DNA of 64,000 nt from Zancudomyces culisetae HAW-14-8 (taxonomy: Eukaryota; Fungi; Kickxellomycota). The stretch lies in assembly GCA_052426225.1 (NCBI GenBank), contig JBNJNM010000015.1, positions 1,364,001 through 1,428,000 of the forward strand. Direction: 5' to 3'. Position 1 is the stretch's first letter. Every line of letters starts with the position of its first letter. The notes under the pieces were generated by a model, which did no database searches, was not told the origin of the DNA, and worked only from the letters and a program-made list of their open reading frames with translations. Of this stretch, positions 1-13,619 are shown one piece after another. Position numbers and translations under genes: made by a program.

Positions 1-1
1 G

Positions 2-1516
2 CAAGCAATAGAAACTCAAGCTCAAGTCTTCGGACCCACGTGTTTTTCTGGCTGTGTCCTATCCAGACAGTGTTTCTACTCATCTACCTCAACTGGAGTC
101 TACAGGATAGATGTTAGCAGATGGATTGGTGAGATTGAAAATGTATTTTCCGGAAAAAAGAACACTATTCGTACAACTAATTATTCTTCAGACAATTCGG
201 ATCTTGGTAAATTGGTTCAGAATCTGGAGCTAAAGGAAACTATAACATCACAAAATGTTATCTCAGCTTCGGTCAGGTGTATTGCTAGTATCGAGTCTGA
301 GGATAATAATAACAACCAAATAATTTCAGGATTAGCACAAGTTGAAGATGCCTATATATCCTACTCTCTTATTGTTCTTTTGGATTCAACTACAAACATC
401 AAGGGACTGGGCGTTCCTTTACTTCTCCCAAGTGAAGAGAAACGCCTGGCCGAATCTGATCCCGAAATCATCAATATGTTTAAAAAGCTGAACCCGCAAT
501 CACAATCACCCGACACTCCTCGTCTTTATGATTCGCTACTCACAGAGTCGAGCATAATTAGTGCTAATTCCACACGGAGTTCATTGTACTCAGCTATAGA
601 TTCAGCTATTGGTTTTCTCAATTCCTCACAACCAAGTGTTGCGCTTATAGCCCGTCCTGGCGTTGATGGAAATAAGCTAAAGACTCTTGGAGCTTTTGTT
701 GCCCAGACCAGGTATCATATGGACCGTGTTTTAAAGTCAAACCTTGAATTGCGCGTCAGGTAAGTGTTGAATGTGTACTTTTTCTTGTCTTTTCTTTTTC
801 AATACAACTCTTGATGTTCATATATACATACTTATTGATTATTATATTCACTTTTTAGATTTGAGGCCTTGGCTGCTGAGTTTAAGTTACAGAAAACGGT
901 AATCTCGCGGCTTTCAAACGCACTGGAAGCCACCCCACCCTCAAAAATTGAACACTATTTATCAAGAATCAATAAATTAAAAACAAACCAGCTTATCTTG
1001 CTGAGAAGATTGGAGAAATTGTTGCTTCTTGTATCCTACTCACGGGCAAATTCATACACTCAAACCGAAATCGATTCAATTAAAAAGCTTGACGCCTTGA
1101 ACGCCCTGGTATGTGGTGACTCTGACTCTAACAACACTGTTCTGTCCTCACGCGATTCTGGTCTTTCCAACAGGGCCCAGTTTCTTAAGCATTTCTTGCT
1201 TGAGTCTGATACTACCCAGGCTTCATCTTCTGCCAGAAATGCATCTGAAGATGTATCGAACACACGCGCCACAGCACCTGTCATCACTAGTAGATCATTT
1301 TACAGAGCCCCAAGTCTGCCAACATCCTCACTTGAAAACGCGGATATGGCATCCAATGCGGATAGCCAATGTGCTTCCGTTGTGGATGGAGGTGAAGACA
1401 GCGCGCCCAAAGGCAGAGATTCCCTAAACGTTAGTCAGACTTTACTGTACCATGACTATGATATCAAGGCGATGAGAAACACTATCGTGGAATTAGCTGA
1501 TTTGATTACGAACTAG
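2..1516 (+). CDS. Nup82/Nup88-like nucleoporin, 3' part (5' end outside window); exons <2-759, 859-1516
   Basis: Frame open from position 2 (…STGVYRIDVSRWIGE…). Intron 760-858 (AG|GTAAGT … TTTTTAG|A) joins ORFs 212-763 and 869-1516 in frame. The C-terminal heptad region (LKTLGAFVAQTRYHMDRVLKSNLELRVRFEALAAEFKLQ…QLILLRRLEKLL…YTQTEIDSIKKL) resembles the fungal Nup82 coiled coil; family call is from recall. Confidence 0.55.
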
Positions 1517-1756
1517 CCTTTTTTTTTCTGAAAGAACAATTTATTTTAACTGTTAATATATATATTTTTTAGTATCTTCATTACTCTGCGTTTTTTCTTT
1601 ATTAGTTTATAGTAGAGTGTCAATGGCTATTTACCCACTGTGATTAAAAATAAAAAATAGTTTAAATGGCTTAAACTAGCTTTAATGTTGTATCCCAGTC
1701 TTGCTCCACTATAAATACACTGGGTGTACATTGACATGTGAAATGAGAACACGGGA

Positions 1757-3578
1757 CTAGCACTTTTTGGGGATTTCAAAGCTGGGCGTGTTGTAACCAA
1801 CTTCACTCCATTCGTGGTACGTGCTGTTGTAGTATGCCTTTGCATTATTTATTATATATTGGGCTGTTGGGCGATCTGGAGGATCACACGAGAGTCTGAT
1901 TCTGTCCGGATGTTGATACAGCCTTACATAGTCAATGTAGAACGATGCAGGAAACGTCAACTTGTCAAACTCCACGGTTGCAAAGTTGGAAGACATTCCC
2001 AAGTTCATTATTATGTACTATTTTTTGATTTATCAATTGGTTTGTTCGTTTGTTCGTTTGTATGTTTTTAAACAAAGACATTGCAAAGCCCTATTCAGGC
2101 TTGGTGGATAAGCTAGCAATAAATATATATATATATATATATGCACTACTTACCATGGGTTCTTCTGAAATAAGCCTTTGAGAAACCTTCGAAAACTCGT
2201 TGGGTCCTATAGCTGAGGAGTTGATTTCCCAAACTGGTTGACCATTGGAATACCATCGGATAAACCCATTTTCTCCCGGGGTATATTCAAACCCAAATGT
2301 TTGGAACTTTCTTCCTTCGCTAACTTCGCTGTCTAGAAAATGTATTGCTGATGCACACTGTTGACTTTTATCACCGATATAAAGATTCATCCTTGTCTCT
2401 CCGGGTTTCTCTGTTCCATAATTAAATATTTTATAGGCGCTCTCTTTGATTCTGTATCCTTCGTCAAATGGCGCCATTTGGTAGCTCATTGATACATTGG
2501 GAAGCCCACCTACATCGACACTACCCTCAATGATGTCTATCTCAGGAGCACCTCTTCCTATTCCTGGGCTTGGATGATTGCCGTTACACACACATGCACT
2601 TAGCCTTTGCCCCGGTAAGCTCGAGAGATCCCTGTTAACCTGATTTGGCAACACACCTTGATCACAACTGTTATACGTATATGGCCATCTATGAAGTACA
2701 TAATATGTTTTTTTTTAAAAAAAAAGTACTTTGTCTGCTTAAAGTCTGTGGATAAAAAGTGATTTAGTATTCAAATCATTAAATGTTGGCTTAACCAAGG
2801 AGAGGAGGGGAGGGGGGGATGAAACTTACAACCCATCGGTAGTCGCTCCGAATCCGGCTCTTCCTAAATTTCCAAGTGTCCACACCGCTGGCCAATACCC
2901 TGAAACTTTTCCGTCTCCTGGAAACGATACTCTGGTTTCGATATACCCTCCTTGAAAACAAAACTTGTTCCACGAGTTTATCATTCCTGATACATATTCA
3001 AACCCATCCTTTGTCGGCTTTTTTTCAAGAGTAAGAACTAAGCTACCATCACGTGTAGCTGCCTGAGGTGGGGAATAGTATTCATAATCCTTTGTTTGCC
3101 AATAATGAAGATCCTGTGCTTCCCTAAATAGTACGTATATGATTTACTTTTATAGCCTTTTTTTGCACGTTTTAGTTTGATGTGCTTTTTTAAAAAAAGA
3201 ATAATAAAAGATAATAGAGCCTATATATAGTTAGATACTAGTTTCAAAATATAATTACCAGATCTTATCTTTGCCAGGTTCAAACGTTCTTCCATCCTTG
3301 TTGAACTCATCGCTAAATACCAATGTGTACGTCTCATTATTTCTAGAATTCCACCTTCGTACATCCGCTGGTGTATCTGGGTCTATTGGTAATGGGTTTG
3401 GAACCAGTGGCTGCCCTAGAGAGCTCAATTTTTGTGCCATAGTGTAAATACTCTCTGTTGGAACTAAAGCTCTGAATTTCTTTGGGGTTTTTTTTCGGTA
3501 TCTTCGTTTTTTAGCATCCACATTAAATGATGTAGACAAAACGGTAATAAAATACATAAAAAGATGTATCAGCTTCAT
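1757..3578 (-). CDS. KRE6: KRE6/SKN1-family GH16 beta-glucan synthesis-associated protein, copy 1; exons 3578-3259, 3123-2830, 2688-2154, 2017-1757
   Basis: Motifs LVFSDEFNKDGRTF, SWNKFCFQGGY, GYWPAVWTLGNLGRAG, GRGAPEIDIIEG (GH16 ExDxxE), YIDYVRLYQ. Three GT-AG introns restore the frame. N-terminus resembles a signal peptide. Confidence 0.9.
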
Positions 3579-4573
3579 TTCCAATGTATACCAATGTTTT
3601 TTCTATTACTACAATATGTTCAAAGTACTAATATACACACAAGAAAAAGCTTGATGCTATTTAAATAACGCTTTAAAAGAGAACGAGTGGGATATATTGG
3701 TACATAGAACAGCATACGTAGCCTTATATACTAAAAATAACTCACAAATACAGAAACAGGTTGTTGTTTTTCCATTTTATTGATAAAGATTAGCTAGCTT
3801 ATGAGATTAGAAAAATCTGTTATATTACCTCAAAGTTAGAAAGCGTTCTTCTTTCTCACTACCCTTTGATACAATTACACTTTTACTATTATTTGTACAA
3901 GTTCTCATCTGAAAAACTCAAACCATCACAAAGTTTACAAAAAATAATCTCTAACTCATCTCCATGTTCTATGCAAACGTGATGACATTTAGTATAATGC
4001 TACATTGGCGCTGTTAAAATGGTATAATGTGGTTAAGATGAGCAGTTTTACCACAGAGTGAAATAATATATGATCTATCAGTATCTGGTCTACATAATAG
4101 TGTCTCGAACACTGTGCTCAATTTATGGAGAACGTAGCAAAAGGCCGCAACTAGGTAAAATCATTAAACGTGATGTGATACACAATTAACTCAGCTGAAA
4201 ACAGCCCCCACTTTTCCTGCTTCCCTCTCACTTAAAACTAATAATAATTTAAAGTAAATTTACTGTTTGGCTTAAAACAACGCAATACTCATCAAAAATC
4301 GTGCTTGATGAGTGATATTATGGATATTTTTTATTTTTTATTTCTTATTTTTTATATATAATATGCAGCTATAAAGTAAACTAGGCTGTGGGAACTAAAA
4401 CAAAAAAAAATTCACTAGAAAGGTGCTCGCTCCATTTATCTCAGAAAAACGATCTAAAAAGCTCTCAACATAAACAGAGGTAAAAAATAAACATAAAATA
4501 TCAACTGAGGGTATGAGTAGAACTACATGACACACACTATACAGAGGAATGTAAATAGCAAAGATAGCGTAAA

Positions 4574-4593
4574 CCCCCCCCCCCCCCCCCCCC
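4574..4593. repeat. poly-C homopolymer (~20 nt)
   Basis: Directly visible C run between the KRE6 paralogs. Confidence 0.9.
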
Positions 4594-4892
4594 AAACAAA
4601 CTAGTGTTTCGGTAGTTAGAAAAAATATAAATCAAGTACAAACACGTACATGGTGGAATTGTTTCAAGAGCGTAATTGGGTTTGGTGTTTTCTAGGTCTC
4701 ATTTTTTATTAATAGTATAAATGAATAATTTAACAAAAGCTGAGGTTGAATCATTGAATAATATGATATCTAACAATCACTTAATATTGTTATAAGTTAT
4801 AGACCATATCACTCAATTTAGCCATACCTTAAACTGAATAACGAAATTGCACACAAAACAATGAGTATTAAAACATATATATTAATTATAAA

Positions 4893-6721
4893 CTACTTCT
4901 TAGCGTTACAAACAGCATCAAGAGAATACTCTGGAGGTTTATATGTTGCAGTCCTCCAACTCCTGTTTTTATAGTTGTAGTAAGCCAAAGGGTGGTCAAT
5001 TATATACTGAGAAGTGGGTCGATCTGGTGGGTCGCAAGAGAGTCTAATTCTATCTGGATGTTGATAAAGTCTCACATAATCCACATACATGGCGGTAGGA
5101 AGTTCAAGTTTGTCAAACTCAATGTGGGCAAAGTTATGAGAAATTCCGAGATTCATGATAATATACTATAGATTTACAGAATTGTGTATTTTTATAGTTA
5201 TCCGATAGAGGTTATTAGATGTGAAACACGTCAGAATAAAAATAATAAAAGCAAAATTCACACATCCAAAAGGGATCTTACCATTGGTTCTTCAGAAATC
5301 ACTCTTCGTGCTATCTTTGATGCAGCGTTAGGTCCCATAGCGGCAGTGGTCAACTTCCATATTGGTTTTCGATTAGAATACCATTGAATATATCCATCAG
5401 GCCCTGGTTCATACTCAAAACCAAATGTCTGATATTTTTTACCTTCCACAATAGATCTGTCATAGAAGTATAGGCCAGATGCACACTGCTGGTAGGCATT
5501 TCCAGTGTAGTCATTCATAACCGATTTTCCACTTACATTGTAACCCCGGTCAAAAACTAATGTTCCTTCGTTATAATTTTTGTATTCAAAATTGAATGGA
5601 GCCCATTGGTTACTCATAGACAAGTTGGGAAGTTCATCACCGTTGATTGATCCTTCGAAGATGTCGATTTCAGGAGCACCCCTCCCTATTCCTGGACTTG
5701 GATGATCACCACTACATACACATGCATTGAGTCTCTGTCCACGCAGAAGACACTTTGTCGGATCAGAAATCGTTTGATTTGGCAAAACACCCTCATCACA
5801 CGAGTTATAAGTATATGGCCACAGTCCGTCAGTTGTAGCACCGTATCCTGCTCTTCCTAGGTTTCCAAGTGTCCACACTGCCGGCCAGTATCCAGATACT
5901 CTTCCATTACCAGGAAATGACACGTTTACTTCGATATATCCACCTTGGAAGCAGAATTTATTCCAGGAGCTTACCATTCCCGACGTGAAATTGTGCCCGC
6001 CGTCTGTACTTTTCTCTTCCATAGTTAATACCAAGCTACCTTTTGATGTTTTAACATTTTTGGGAGAATAGTACTCCAAATCGTTGGTTGGCCAATAGAA
6101 ATAATCTTGTGATACCCTACGTGATATTAATTGGTATATGGTTATTAATATGTAGCTACAGGAGTTTATTTTTGAAATAATCTTCTCTTATTTTTTCATG
6201 ATTCATTCATATGTTGTTAGATGTAATAAAAGGCCAAAAAAGCTAAAATATATTTCAAAGAAAAAAAAAGTAAATATCACTTACCATACTTTATCTTTTC
6301 CAGGTTCAAAGCTTCTACCATCTTTGTTAAATTCATCACTAAAAACAAGTTTCCAGACTTCACCTGTAGACGCTGTAAAAGTTTTTCCAGATTCAGGGGT
6401 ATCTGGATCAATAGGCAGTGGGTTAGGTACCAAGGGTTGACCTTTTGAACTTTCCTTGAGGGCTATTTTTTTTAGTGTCTCTTCATCATTTCCAGTATCA
6501 TATCCTATGACATCCTGTACACTCTTCTGTGCTGAAATAACCGGATATATTACAAATGCAGCTGCAACTCCAAGGAGAACAAGGATTGCAGCTACGAATT
6601 TTAAATCTATGCGAATGGGACAGAATTTTGCCTTTCTTCTGGTGTCTTTGTCCGTTTCGAATTCCGAGTTTACGTCCGGTTTAAACGATGGTAGTTTATC
6701 AAGACTGAAAGTCGAACTCAT
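4893..6721 (-). CDS. KRE6: KRE6/SKN1-family GH16 protein, copy 2 (type II membrane); exons 6721-6285, 6116-5282, 5165-4893
   Basis: Same motifs (GRGAPEIDIFEG). Cytosolic N-tail followed by TM helix FVAAILVLLGVAAAFVIYPVI. Two GT-AG introns in frame. Confidence 0.92.
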
Positions 6722-8417
6722 TGTGGAAAAAAAGAGATTATGAAGTGGTTATATCTGTGTAGGGTTAGTATGTATATGCTCTAGTCGTCTTTTACTTTTA
6801 ATTTTTTGCTAGTTTTGTTTTTCCTTCATTTAAATAATGATACGCCAAAGATGTCAATATAAAGAACTTCTTTCTAACGAAGCACGTCTACGTTTTCGTA
6901 GATATCCACAGATTCTACTACTTGATGATATTGCAGAGTTGCTGCCTCCGAAAATGTATTGTCCCTTTGTTTGTCGTCAAAAGAAAATATCGTGCTGGCG
7001 TGGTGTTGCACTTTGCTTATGACTTTGTTTTAAAGTAACTTGTGTTCAAGAAAGGGTTTTTATTTAGTCAGTTATTGATACTTCAAATAAACATTACCAA
7101 GACCATTTTAAATCGGAAAAGTTTTTTTTTTCTACCTCGATATTTGTTAAGAAACAAAGTAATGTGCGTAAAAGTAAAAAAAACACAACATAGCAATATT
7201 AATGGATATTACTAAGGGAAGGAGTTCTATTGACTGATGTTATCTAACATCGTATACAAATATAAATTAATAGGTAGAGTTTTTTTCTCAAAATATAAAT
7301 TCCGAATTCGCTACAAATCGGAATTCAGTCTTTATATATCATTTGATTTCCACTTTACCAACCATTTGGTGTCTTGAGTTGCACGTTATTATTTATTAGA
7401 GAATAGCAGAAAACCGGGCACAGAAATAGGATGAGCTGGTTTGGAAAAACGATTGCAATTGGTTATGAAATGTAAATTTTTAATAAGACCCCAATTAGCA
7501 TTGCCAGAAATACGAGGGAAAGGTGCTACTAGCTGCACGGGTTGTGGCTGGAGAAGCCCAACAGCACTGCAAATTCGACAACATTTTTGCACATTTGATA
7601 TGCTTGCATATTCATTGATCATGTTGATAGTGTGTATACTTTACTTTTTTTTGTGTTTAAGATTGTGTTCGAGATAATCATTGATAGACCGAAATTACTG
7701 TTTTTTGTTTAATTACACATGGAGTTTGTACCTGGTGTGTATTAATTTAGGGAAATATATACGCTGATAATCAGCCTCCCCCAAACCCTTCTAGCATTTA
7801 TTTTTGCCCTTTGAAAGAGCGAGAAAGTATTGGCTAGAAAATTGTATTAATTTCTCAGGAGAGGATGGTTAAGGGGGGAGATTTGAGTAGAAAAGAGAAA
7901 ATGCACCGTATTTGTAACAAGTACATGCCTTTAATCCAGTTAATAAATGAAATGGATTTTTTTACCACTGAGTACCTCTCAATTCAAAGTTACCTTCAGA
8001 AATTCATCGATTCGTCTATTGGGGATATGTGAAAGTTTGAATCAGTTTTCATTCCCAATTATAGTTAAATTGAGCCAGGGCTAAATATACTCACCAATGG
8101 CATTCACTATAAATATCTGAACTTAAGGATAAGTGAAAAAAGCCAGTTCAAGGTGAGCTGTCATTTGTGTTTGATTTAACTATTTTTTTTGAGGTTGTAC
8201 AAAGGAAAATGTAAAACGCTAATATTTGCACATATTGAATTTACAACGGAATTTTGTTGACCCATCAAAAGGAAGATCCCGCTTTTGTTTGAATTTTTTG
8301 GGTTAAAATGTGTTTGTCTAGCCCAGAATAATTTTTACTAAATTAACCAAAGCTGGATATACAAAACGTGCCCATAAGCAGACGATGTAAGTACATTAAA
8401 TAAAATCTCAATAAAAG

Positions 8418-10611
8418 CTAATAAAATGAGGCAGGAATACTATTAGGCACTTGAAGAAAATCGCTGGCTGTCGTGGTATCTATTGAACATATAGGGTTAT
8501 AGCTGTACCAGAAACAAACCCAGCTATAGCTCATTCCAGGCAGTCTGGGCTGCACAAAATGGCCATGCGACCTAGCAAAGTACCAGGGGTTTACAGGGTT
8601 GTTGCTTCTTGATCTCCACAGACAAAAGGGGTATAGTTGAACCATTTTGTTCCAGAGTATATCGGCTATCCCTGTTCCCTGAGCCTTGGGGGAAACAGCA
8701 AATTTATCGAGGTATGGATAAAAGTATGGGGCCTTGATAGATTGTTCTGGGGATAGAGGCGGGTGTGTATTTTTACATTGTTCTAGTGTGATAATTGATG
8801 CACCCAAATAATCACCAACAACTATTATAGAAATTCCAGAGGTGCGCTCTAGTTCTTTCAAGCGGTTGGTATAACCCTCCCTGTCTAGCTTTTTTCCGAA
8901 TGAAGCTTCCAGCAGTTCAAATAATCTATCCAGATCAACAGTTGTAAGACTGTCGTAAAAAGTAACAGAAAATCCAGATCTCAAAAGTGTATACTTTGCA
9001 GGCGTCGAGTCATCTATGACAGAGGGATCATCCTTTTCCGGAGGATTGTGTAGGCCAAATACCCGATAAGTACCCATAGTATTACTTTTCTCATTGTGTT
9101 GACTTGAACTGATTAGATTTCGGTTAATATTCGCCTGAGAATATGGTTCAAGGTACATTTGGCTAGGTTTTTCGGCAAAGAAGCTTTTGACTGCTGTAGA
9201 AGGATCAATAGAAGCTGATGTTATCACACAGGATGAAGTGGGTGGAAGGAGAGCTAAACATGCGTTTGCGAGTCGAAGACTCTTTAGATCACTTTGGGTA
9301 TTTGTGGCATCGCTTTTAGTGATGTTATTATGGTTATCTAAATCTACAGAGTTTAGTTGAGCAGCGTATTTTTGGCTTAGTAGCTCAAATTCGTCTTTGA
9401 GGTTTATAAAGCTGATACGCTTTGACCGTTCATATTTGCTGGGGCGTGATACAGGATATTTCAGAGCAAAATCTTTTCGAAATATCAGAATACGATTAAT
9501 ATTCATTCGCAAATATCTGGAGCTACTTTCCCCAGCGGTGTTTCCGACATCATTTATCTGTTTACTAGTAGCTGGGCCTTGAAAGTATTTTATTACTGAC
9601 AAAAAGGCCTCAGTGCCGTCGAAGGTTTTATATTTTAAATCATGAGTAGTACCAGCCGTCAAGACAATTGGAACTATGCCACGAGCCAGGCAATTTTTGA
9701 TCGACTCAGTTGAAATGTCCAAAATTGTAGCAGTATCTCCATTTTGGCCAGGATCAATCGTAGCTTTGAACACACCATGGGTAATTGGTTGCGCTTCTCC
9801 ACCTGCATTCTCTATTTTTTCCACAAGCTTGTATAAACACTCGGTCATGTCTTTTGTCTCTTGACCGGATAAACCGGGTTTTGTGGCTACAAAGACTACT
9901 GCTGCAATTCCTACTCTGTGCATAAACCCTATAGTTCTACCTATTTTTTCAAACTTATCACGTTCAGTCCCTAGTTCGGTGTATATCAAAATAGGACTAC
10001 TGCTGTTCTCTTTGAAAACTTGCGCAACCACTCTAGAGACAGACAGAGCTACGTTTTTCTCTTCAAGTTGTGGTTTTTTATAGCCAACAACAGACTCGTC
10101 TTGTGCTTCGGTCGCCATTTTTTGGTGAGTCTTGTGCGTAGTTACATATTTTAACTTTTCAGCGAGAATTGCCTGGCTACTGTGAATTTGTTTAACAAGT
10201 GATTTTAATTCGCTTTTTCCTAGATTCGATGAAACTAGTTCTTTCATTAACTCCTATATGTACAGAATTTGCAATTTTGGCATTAGTATGTTAAAAAAGG
10301 GCATTTCTATTGTAAGTGTCAGGATATTCTTTTGAGTGACTACAAACGAAGAGGTACCTTATCTGTAAATTTATCGGTGGTTTTCTGCCCGACATTTAAA
10401 TCCGCATTTATTTTTGCCTCCTATGAGCAAATTTTATAAATATACATGTAGTTCATTTAATAGCAAAGTGTTGAGGTAGAACAAATATTAGTAAAATTAA
10501 TCGTTAATCTATATTTACTTTTGTATTCACTATGTTTCTCAAATAAGGCTGTACCCTGCTCAAATGAGACGTGAAATTTAGCTGTCCGTAAATGCTCTTG
10601 AATGAATACAT
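8418..10611 (-). CDS. ARG2: Mitochondrial N-acetylglutamate synthase (amino-acid kinase-like + NAT/DUF619 domain); probable exons 10611-10519, 10420-10358, 10253-8418
   Basis: C-terminal NAT domain: LDRLFELLEASFGKKL, YLDKFAVSPKAQGTGIADILWNKM, WRSRSNNPVNPWYFARSHG. Two upstream phase-0 exons with GT/AG ends give MYSFKSIYGQLNFTSHLSRVQPYLRN, a presequence-like N-terminus. The 5' exons are less certain. Confidence 0.85.
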
Positions 10612-11921
10612 GACTGCGAATGTCGAGCTTTTTACACCCTCTTCTAAGTATACAAAAAAAAAAGTTTTTTTTATTCTTATTCTTATTTTTGTCTTTATTT
10701 ATTTCATATTTGTTTTTTCTCTATTTTTCAAGTTGAGTAAACTTGGATTCTATAATAATTATTCATAAAAGTCTATCCGCTTTAAGTCTTAAAAGTGAAT
10801 GCCAATATCCTGTGTTTATGCTGGGCAATCCGAAATGATCGCTTTGCTATACCATTTAAATATGCTCTTACTTTGTTTTTCTTTAATGCTAACTGTGAAT
10901 ATACCCCAAGCTTCAGGCCCAAGTTTATCGTTACCTCTCCTCAACCTAAAGAAAACTACAGAAGCTGTTTCTATATATAAAAATATATATATGTCTGTTG
11001 TCCTTCCCTTGCACCCACTTTGAATGTTTTTGTCAACTTTTTTTTCTTGCTCTATTTACCCTATTTTTCGCCTCAATTCAACTTTTTTTTTTTGCATTTA
11101 GGGCTGCTCACCTCGATCGAGAAGCACATCACCAATAATGATCCCATGGGTAACTGTCATTGGTGACTGACTATTACAGAAAGAATGAACGTAAATCCAT
11201 GAACATGAAATACAGCCACCAATAAAATATTACGGGTAGGTAAATGGATAGTATCATCCCCTGAAACCCGAAACCCTAATTCCATTTTTTTTTCATTTAT
11301 TGCTAGAAAACTGCCCCCAAACACTTTTGGTCTTCTTGTAAACGCCGGAGTGTTGGTTGATAGATGTACTTGAATTTTACTAATTTATTCCATAACACAG
11401 ACTAATGATCATATTCTTGATGCGCAGATTATGGTGCACAACATCCTATCAAATATTCTACGCTCTTGGCCTCTTCACTTAGCTCATGGTCAACTAACAC
11501 AAAGTCCATCTGATTATTCTACTTTCAAACTCACCTCCTCTGAAGTTGCTGCGAGACAATTGGATACCAGATAAAACCGGTTGATTTATTTGCAACCCAT
11601 TTTTAGAAAAGCAATAGATTCCAGACGCTTAGAATCGAATGGTTTATTAATGCAAATGTGAAAAACATATATACCAACCTAGAAAAAATAAGCTTAGGGC
11701 TGAAACTTCAAAAAAAAGAACTATAACAATTTATAAGATTTTGGATCAGTTGAAAAATATTACAAGTAATACAAACAATAGTTGTATCTTCATATTTTTT
11801 AGCATACACACAAAAACTCTGGATTAGGGGTTAGTAATATCACTGCTTAGACATTAATTACGGCAAGAGGTTGCTTTACAAAATCAAATTAATCGCACGG
11901 TAAAGTCAGTGGCTGGCAAAT

Positions 11922-13619
11922 ATGGAACGTTCAGAATTAGTATACACAAAAATCGAGGAGATTCCAAAGGTGGGTAGAATTTAGTAGTGCAAAACACAAG
12001 CTTATTTCACAATTGGCTGACTTTCTCGCCCTTTTATTATATTAATTGGATTTAGCAGACTAACAAACAACAAATATAAATTTTTATAGATTGTCTCAGA
12101 TCTTTCAAAAAACTTTTTGGATGGAATAACACAAAATATCGATTTCCGCAAAGAGCAGGTTAGAGCATATATTAAAATGGTCTCTGAAAACCGTGACCAG
12201 CTTGCGGAAGCTTTGTATAAGGATCTCCGTCGTCCAGCTTATGAAGCGCACATTACAGAAATCTTACCTGCAGAATATGAAGGAGGGTATATGCTACAAC
12301 ACATGGACACATGGCTTAAGCCTGTTTCTGCGGATACCTATCATCAACCCCAACACATGTTAGGTGACGTAAAAATCCATAAAGCACCGTTAGGTGTAGC
12401 TTTGATGATATCAGCATGGAACTATCCAATCAGGCTTCCGCTGATGCCACTTGTAGGAGCCATAGCAGCAGGAAATGTCGTTGTTCTAAAACCATCTGAG
12501 ATTTCTGTTCACAGTTCCCGATTGTTGACAGAGCTGATCGAAAAGTACCTCGACAGCAGAGTTGTAAGGGTGGTCAATGGTGGGGTCGAGGAAACTACAG
12601 TACTCTTAAAGCAAAAAGTCGACCATATGATGTACACAGGAAATGGTACTGTGGGAAGAATAATTGCAAAGGCAGCGGCAGAGCAGCTGTGCAAAGTCTC
12701 ATTGGAGCTCGGAGGTAAATCCCCAGCGCTCATATCCGGCTCTGTTAATCAGGATCATTTGTCAAGAGTGGCCTCCAGAATTGTCTGGGGAAAGTATTTG
12801 AACTGCGGGCAAACATGCATAGCTGTTGATTATGTGATGGTTGAAAACAAAGCCTACGAGAGATTCTTACTCTCTATACTGGAGGCTGTATTTGCCTTTT
12901 ATGGAAAGGACAGCAAAAAATCACCTGATTATGCACGAATTATTTCGGAAAGGCAATTCGACAGGCTCAAAAAACTGGTAGAAAACACCAAAGGAAATAT
13001 TTTGACTGGCAAAACCGATGAATGGGATAGATCTACCCTTTTTATACCACCTGTAGTTGTCGACGATGTTGGATTTGATGATTCCTTGATGAGTGAAGAG
13101 CTCTTTGGCCCTATTCTTCCAATTATCAAAGTTGATTCAGTTGATGAAGGAATAAAGTACATTCAGAAACACGATCATCCTTTGTCGCTGTACTTTTTCG
13201 GTGATGAAAAGGATGCTTCAAAGGTTATTGCAAACACAAGGTCAGGCTCGTGTGTAATTAACGATGTTCTCATGCAAGGGTCCGTTCACGGAGCACCATT
13301 TGGTGGTGTTGGTCCAAGTGGTGTTGGTGGCTACAGTGGTAAGGCTTCCATAGATGAATTTACGCATTCAAGAACAGTTATCAAGGCCAAAACAGACTTT
13401 CCCAGTGAGTCTCTTGAATCTGTCAGAAATCCACCATATACTGGACCCGGTACTGAATGGAAGCTTCCTGCTATTGTGGGATTCATATATCCTACATTCC
13501 CTGCCGCCTGTGACAGTGTTGGTGGGCGAGTAATAAGAGTCGTTCCATATTGGAGGCTTTTCAACATCGTGCCACACTTTATCAAATCAATACTTTTTGG
13601 CAAACAGTCAATCAAATGA
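11922..13619 (+). CDS. HFD1: Class-3-like (fatty/long-chain) aldehyde dehydrogenase; exons 11922-11969, 12090-13619
   Basis: AWNYP, LKPSE, YTGNGTVG, LELGGKSP (catalytic Glu), NCGQTCIAVDY (catalytic Cys), EELFGP, PFGGVGPSG. Intron GTGGGT…GACTAAC…TATAG in phase 0. Confidence 0.9.

Noticed and set aside
11134-11175. SECIS-like ATGA-N10-AA-N11-GA pattern (some early-diverging fungi use selenocysteine)
   Set aside because: The AA-to-GA spacing is too short for a canonical SECIS, and no upstream ORF with a plausible in-frame Sec TGA was found.
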